DNA of 63,957 bases, counting the filler, from Perkinsus chesapeaki ATCC PRA-425 (taxonomy: Eukaryota; Protista; Perkinsozoa): NCBI GenBank assembly GCA_013115145.1. It is 9 parts of 9 records of this genome, joined end to end, with 100 filler letters (N's around TTAATTAATTAA, not from the genome) between each part and the next. Parts side by side here need not be neighbours in the genome. Positions count along the whole stretch, not along the records: positions 49,119 to 60,051 come from JAAPAO010000868.1; positions 60,152 to 62,705 come from JAAPAO010001577.1; positions 62,806 to 63,957 come from JAAPAO010002149.1; 6 more parts are not named here. One strand, written 5' to 3'. The notes under the pieces were generated by a model, which had not been told where the DNA came from, ran no database searches, and saw only the letters and a program-made list of their open reading frames with translations. Of the stretch, positions 57,880 to 63,957 are shown piece after piece; the first letter of the stretch is position 1, and each line of letters starts with the position of its first letter. Made by a program: the position numbers and the translations under genes.

Positions 57880-59167
57880 GACCAGTCTTATGCCGATGGG
57901 CCTTCTCGGGAAGGGCACCTTTGGGGCTGTCAAGCGCGTGAAGGTAAACTTCGTATAGTTAGGAATCATTTGTGAATGCATTTGCGTCAGCTTCTGCACG
58001 GTGGCGAGTCCGAAGACATGTCCGTTGAAATGGCTTTGAAGTGTGTCAAGAAAGCCAAACGGGGAAGGGCCCTCAAGTAGCACATGTGCTCTTGTGCCAT
58101 GACACTCCTCTTTGTAGGATATTGGAGCGGGAGCGAGACCTGTTGAAAAAGGTCGATCATCCGTGTATAGTACGACAAGCTGCCACAATGCAAGATGAGA
58201 AGTGAGCCTTGTGGGTTGTCATTCATAATGTTGTCTGGCAGGTACGTGTACTTCCTTCTCGAATGTTGTGCTGGTGGAGATCTCCACAGTTGCATGCGAC
58301 GTATCGGCCTATTCTCTTTCGAAGCTGGCAAGTTCGTGGCAGGTCCCTTCGCATGAACTTGCCAAAAATCACTTTCCATGCTTGTTAGGGAGTGTGCACT
58401 CAGCACTTCACCACCTACACGAGTCCCATCGAATGATATTCCGAGACCTCAAGCCTGAGAATCTTCTCGTCGACACTCGAGTGCGTCTGTAACGTTCCTC
58501 AGTTAATCCACGACGCCGCGTGTCAGGGGTACATCAAACTAGCGGATTTCGGCACAGCCAAAAAGTTCGATAAAGGTGCCCCGAGTAGAACGTACTCGTT
58601 AGTCGGCACTCCCCACTATATGGTAAGTTTCCAGCATGCGACTGTGAGGACTTTTTGAATCCCTCAGGCGCCAGAAGTCGTTCTAGGTTTGGCTTACAGC
58701 TATGAATATGATTACTGGTCGCTTGGAGTTATCCTGTTTGAGTGTATGTTTGGTCCAAAGCCCTTCGGGGAGGAGGTGCGGTCGAAGTCGAGAAGGAATA
58801 GGGATTGCATTCATCATTTCAGTTTCACGATTCGGAACACCTACAAATATTCCATACAATTGCCTGTGCCGATCAGCGGCCATTGTCTATAAAACACCTC
58901 GCTACGCCACAGTTGAATGAAGATGAGAGGATGCTAAGCCAGAAGACAATATCCGCAATGCTCACATATGATCCGAAAGCGCGGCGAGGAAAGGTCAAAC
59001 AAATCTTAGAAGTAAGTTTTCACGCAACATATCCAAGGGCTTTGCTCCTTCGCTCATCTGTTCCTGTTGTATCTCAGTTCGGTATGATGGCTGGATATGA
59101 CCCCGCTCGGATATGGTGTCGATCGTTCGTGTCACCACTAATAACTGCACTTGACAATGGTACATAA
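57880..59167 (+). CDS. AGC-family Ser/Thr kinase (PKG/PKA-like catalytic domain), multi-exon; ORF 57219-57623 may be its N-terminus
   Basis: LGKGTFGAV, MALK, ERDLLKKVDHP, LECCAGGDL, RDLKPEN, LADFG, GTPHYM|APE, DYWSLGVILFE. Confidence 0.88.
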
Positions 59168-59830
59168 TTGCCGATTTAGTTGGATGTTGATTCCTTCGGT
59201 CTTTGGTTAAAGTGATGAAGCTGGTCTGACCATTCACTTAGTTTCCACGTGGGGGAACACTGGGCCGACTTGCTCTACGTTAAATTCGCGTACATTAGCG
59301 TCATTTATCATCAACTGTAGAGAGATAAAAACACCACTTCGGAGTCTGAAGTTCGGGCAGCTACCAGCTATAGGAAAACTCTCAGCGCGGACTTGCAATG
59401 ATACATCGTAACAGTGTAGAACACACTCAAGAAGTTAACAGTGCCACGTCATTCACATCCCCCCATTTACACCCTCGTGTTGACTCCTATGTACTTGCTT
59501 TTTCACGCATGACCTAGAAACCTATGTACAATCTCCATGATTGCACCGAGACCCGCAAACCCCGAAAACCCGGTCCCATGAACTAAGCAACACAATACCA
59601 ATAAACCAAGAAAGCTACTGCTGTTATCAGCATAGAGCTATGGGCTAATCACAAGAACTACAGCATGCAGAGTGATATACTTGAATGGCGAGTCGGGAGA
59701 GAACCCGCTCGAAGTGAATGATTAAACTTCGATAAAAGGCAATTCCGGATTCCGGATAATATGATCAATTATGACGTAGCCCGATATGGGCTCAGATAAA
59801 ACGGAGAGCGATGGACTAAACTGGTTAGAT

Positions 59831-60051
59831 CTAGACAGGAGGCAGGGTAGTTGCCGCCTGAGTGGTAGGAGCTACAGTAGTTGCCGCTTGAGTGGTGGGA
59901 GCTACAGTAGTTGCCGCCTGAGTGGTAGGAGCTACAGTAGTTGCCGCTTGAGTGGTAGGAGCTACAGTAGTTGCCGCCTGAGTGGTAGGAGCTACAGTAG
60001 TTGCCGCCTGAGTGGTAGGAGCTACAGTAGTTGCCGCCTGAGTGGTAGGAG
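59831..60051 (-). CDS. C-terminus of a Thr/Ala mucin-like protein (TTVAPTTQAA x7, then TTLPPV*), 5' part lost in the gap
   Basis: 30-nt tandem repeat; unit variants are synonymous in this minus frame (CAG/CAA, CCT/CCC); TAG at 59833-59831. Confidence 0.75.
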
Positions 60052-60151
60052 NNNNNNNNNNNNNNNNNNNNNNNNNNNNNNNNNNNNNNNNNNNNTTAAT
60101 TAATTAANNNNNNNNNNNNNNNNNNNNNNNNNNNNNNNNNNNNNNNNNNNN
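60052..60151. other. Artificial contig linker
   Basis: Same 100-nt N/TTAATTAATTAA/N block. Confidence 0.98.
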
Positions 60152-61257
60152 TTAAAAGCGCAAGGTCACCTCCTCGAAGGAAGCTGTAAATGGGCCCAAC
60201 CACCTCTCAGCATGGAAGCTCCCGTCAGAATAACATTGGAAGCAAGCAACGACACGGGGCAAGAAAAGACACTCAACGCTCCGGTAAGAGGTATGTTTAG
60301 TTAGAGGATAGTGCGTATTCCCAGATGAGTGGCCTTGCTTTACTTGCGGTCGTTACAGGCACATACTTCTAGAAGAACAACAATAGGGTAGCGAAGTGGT
60401 ATGATGCAGATGTACTCCGTCGGCGTTTCTCTGTAGTGCAAAAACTGTACTACAAACAAAATGCGGATTCTGCATGCTTGCACACACATGAAACGAAGTA
60501 GCTAATGTCTATTTATTAGCATAGGCTAGGTCATTCTATGTGCACTAGTTTGAGATTAGCTGTGCTATGATCTTAGTATAGCTTTGTCAGTCTAGGTAGC
60601 TGAGAATGGTTATTTTTGCACTGTTCTTTGTAGTTCGTTATTAGCTGTATGATCTACACAGTTGCACTCGTATCTTAGGATTTTCCGCGCCCTTAATAAG
60701 CCTTAGGTTGGAAGTTCTTCCTGTCAATCATCACACATTCGGCTTCGCCTCTGGTTACAACAGTTTGTCTTAACCCCTTACCGCACCTATTCATCGACTC
60801 CTTTCAGGGAAGGCTTTCACCGTTGTTCTGGCGCTGCGTTTTACAAATGGTCTCGGCTTACCTGGCCCTAACCTACTTGCTACTAAGTTACCTTATAGAA
60901 TTAGCACGTTGTGCTGCTAGGTTTCTTAAAAACCGTTCTCAGCTCTGGTCGAGCCGCGGTAGCTTTGACGAAAACCACCGATGTATAATCAATGATATCA
61001 CCATCATGGTAGAGTCATGCAACTAGCGTGATGACACACGTCAGATTGTTCATCACCATTTGATAGTCTTGCATCCCTACACGTCCCAACACCAAGTGTT
61101 TCTGTACTGGTGTAGTGCACAACGACTACATGCCGGCAACGCCAGAACTCATGAGGGGGACATCAGGCTTGCATGGTTTGTAGAATTTCTTAATCAGCAA
61201 TGCCTAACGACATTCAACGACCCCTTATCATCTCAACTAGGCAACGCAGATATGTAG

Positions 61258-62345
61258 GCCGGCATTGGCCTTGCCAACTTAGTGCGTCGGCAGAAAATAC
61301 ACCGTCGGAATACTATATCCTTTCTTCACAGGTGTTCAATATAGGAGGCATTTCTTGTGGCTATGGAATGAATCAAGCCATAGAAACGCTGGTTTCACAA
61401 AGTGAGTCTCGTTAGTGATAACATACGAAATACCGATGCTTTTGAGTGGTATGTTGAAGCCTATGGATAGTTCAGGTCATGGTCAGGGAGACGATAAACT
61501 AGCATCTATATGCATGGCCAGAGGCATGCTGATAGCGACAGTCCTCTCGGTGAGAAAAGCTCTCCTTCATAGATCATTTGTATACTTGTCTGGCTAGACT
61601 CTCCTCTTCGGACTGTTGCAGCTCACAGAGGTGTTGCTCACACTGCTCGGACAAAATCCCATTGTAGCTAACCATGCAATGAGATACGTGAGGAACCGGG
61701 AATGGAGGACCGTTCATACTCAATACTTCACCAGGTTAACTCTGCCAGTATTGGTATATGGCCGGCTATACAATTTGATTGTATAATGAGATTTCTATTA
61801 TGTTATCATCATCCTCATATATGTACTTGGATATATGCTATAACATCATCATTACACGTAAGGCATATTACCCGGTAAAAGGGTGCATAGGCATTTTAGG
61901 TCCTTTGGTGTTATATTCTAGTAACACCACAGAGTGGCTTGGCCGGAGCTGGTGTGGCGATGGCTATCACCTACAGCAGTACATTGCTGCTTGGCTTAGG
62001 GTATCTACACTCAGCGTTTCAGCGGGCAAACATATCAGATACCTCATTTTTGCAATGATTAATCCATCAATATCAACTATTCCTGGTGATGCGGCATCAC
62101 TGATGCCCTTCCTAGATTTACTTGGTCTATGTTCCGTGGTTGGTGGGATTATCTTAAAATAGGTATACCATCTATGATAACTATGTGCTCTGAATGGTGG
62201 GCTTATGAAATAGCGACTCTTGTACGATTCGTCCCCGTAAGCGTCGTCAGGTGATTCAACATTGTGTCAGGTCATAGGCCTATTACATGACTCGAATCAA
62301 CTAGCCGCTCACGTGTCGATATGCAACATCTTCGTTATTGTAAGA
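61258..62345 (+). CDS. MATE (multidrug and toxic compound extrusion) transporter, partial multi-exon
   Basis: AGIGLANL|VFNIGGISCGYGMNQAIETLVSQ; ARGMLI; LLTLLGQNP.VA..AMRY; CSEWWAYEI; QLAAHVSICN. Confidence 0.85.
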
Positions 62346-62705
62346 GAACCATTAGTGTACCACTCTATTTGCAGAGTGATGCTTCATGAGTTGGCCGAAT
62401 CCTTACCTATCTATTAGATGTTCATGCTGAGCTACTGTGATAAAAACGCAAGCTTGACCCTTTAATGTGATTCAATTCTTTTGAGTACAGCACAGTTCAA
62501 TGGAGACAGTGAAGCTTAGCTTGCACAACAATTTAGCACGCATGCGCAAGGCTGTCTCTCCTGCACAAATTCTTCAATACTATATCATCAATAACTAATG
62601 TAGATGACAAAGGAACGGTATGAATACAATTACTGTCACCATATGTAAACAATGATCATTACAGTGAAAAAACGAATATCATCACACTCCCTCAGCCGAG
62701 TATAG

Positions 62706-62805
62706 NNNNNNNNNNNNNNNNNNNNNNNNNNNNNNNNNNNNNNNNNNNNTTAATTAATTAANNNNNNNNNNNNNNNNNNNNNNNNNNNNNNNNNNNNNNN
62801 NNNNN
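62706..62805. other. Artificial contig linker
   Basis: Same 100-nt N/TTAATTAATTAA/N block. Confidence 0.98.
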
Positions 62806-63957
62806 TGAAAGTGGGTAACGCCGTCCATGATTCGATCGTAGGCTGGATTTGTTCTCGGTCCTGCGACACAGCCGCCGTTTAAAACACCTTACTCAGTCCA
62901 CAGCAACTGCCTTAGTACTGCATGCTTGTACAAACAGCAAGTAATGGACAGCGCAAAGTAGACCGTCCGGGCACTGTACGTAAGCGTCAATCGTGAGGAT
63001 TGCACATGGGTCTTCATATACATTACTGGAAAGCGCCATAAGTGATACGAGCGCTGTGGGAGGCAGGATCGGGCTACTGTTGATGTTCCCTGATGTATTC
63101 GTTCAATGACATAGTTACAGTACATCGTCACGAAAAGTGCCACGGCGCAGTCTATGCCGCGTCCTCTAGGACCGTGGCATTTAGCTGTTGGCTACTGAGC
63201 AGCTTAGTCTAACCGATATAGCGGTCATAGTGGGATTTAACATTCAACTCGAATCCTGTTAGGATTATATTTTATCATTTCGCGGAGTCGGTTTTTCCTA
63301 ATAGACTGGCCTAGATTTGAATCTAGCCAGAATGCATGTCCAGAATTGGACTGCGAGCTTCCTGCGTGACGCAGGAACATCTTTCCACTGATGTGTTGTT
63401 GTCTCCCCGGTAGTGCAAACTCAGTACATCATCAAGACAACCCCAAGAAGCTTCCAATGAATCCCGCGCTTCGTACACTCGTAGAGTAAGCGAAGGCCTG
63501 TTAAGAGCAGGGCTCAAATGTGCCGCAGGGAATTTCCGCATCAGTAATCCTTGCAGGTTGGTACAGGTGACAGCAACAACTTTGAAGGTTCGATTGTGTC
63601 TTTCTTATCATCTGCTTCGTCTTTTTTCCTGTGCGGCCCACCGATACATTTGCGAGTCGTTGACCCTGGTGGATTCCGATCATCGGTCACTGATCCCAGG
63701 AATACGGCTTGGGTTTGGCTCCAAGGGATCGCATGTTGATTTGAAGAACAGGACATTGCTGACGGTCACGTCACCGTAACCAGAAAATGCATTCTCCAAG
63801 TTTTCACGCACATAAGAGGACTTTGATTATTCGGATTGCCGATATGTGGTTATTTATGCAGGAAGCCCACTTGAGCCAGGCGTGGAGTGGTCTGAGGAGT
63901 GACAAAAATACAACTCACGTCTCTTCTTGCCAATTTCATATCAGCCGTAGCTAAGCT

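Noticed and set aside
59847-60051. 30-nt repeat as a CRISPR-like array
   Set aside because: No spacers; the units are directly tandem and explained by a minus-strand CDS
61255-61257. Apparent in-frame TAG in the MATE gene (GNADM*AGIG)
   Set aside because: More likely the AG of a splice acceptor; the upstream exon was not resolved
7270-62805. Recurrent TTAATTAATTAA palindrome and ORFs ending XXXLIN
   Set aside because: Artificial six-frame-stop linker between contigs; not biological, and neighbourhoods across it are not real
63859-63880. CTTGAGCCAG and other 8-10 nt SL-like matches (also near 13255)
   Set aside because: Too short to exceed chance
62806-63957. Short ORFs in the last contig
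   Set aside because: No recognisable motifs and the coding strand is undetermined

Overview
This is eukaryotic DNA, almost certainly Perkinsus or a close perkinsid alveolate. The evidence is a 19/19 match to the 3' part of the Perkinsus-type spliced leader at 36517-36535, many short GT-AG introns, and alveolate-like housekeeping genes. The window is not one locus. It is nine contigs joined by eight artificial 100-nt N/TTAATTAATTAA/N linkers, so adjacency across a linker means nothing. The first 17 kb is mostly mobile DNA: degenerate satellites, an intronless orphan pseudogene, a DIRS/Ngaro-type RT-RNase H fragment, and a Ngaro-like tyrosine-recombinase (YR) retrotransposon. The YR element's RT, thumb/RNase H and YR are separate ORFs with T-rich spacers, and it abuts the truncated integrase of a defective Ty3/Gypsy element that shares its LTR with an upstream tandem copy. 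Host genes include a Pro-rich secreted repeat protein, gamma-tubulin complex component 2, probable eIF2B-like and senescence/spartin-like genes, and a long spliced fusion gene (class V PLP cysteine-desulfurase-like domain with an inserted C2H2 finger, plus TtcA) carrying an antisense SL relic in one intron. Further host genes are HTATSF1-like and type III glutamine synthetase (both on a very AT-rich contig), cullin-4, an AGC kinase, a mucin-repeat C-terminus and a MATE transporter. The top leads are (1) the apparently polycistronic split-RT YR retroelement, (2) the desulfurase-ZnF-TtcA fusion, and (3) the intronic SL-bearing retrocopy. Exon structures and family calls were made by eye from motifs, with no database searches. 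Novelty is therefore untested.
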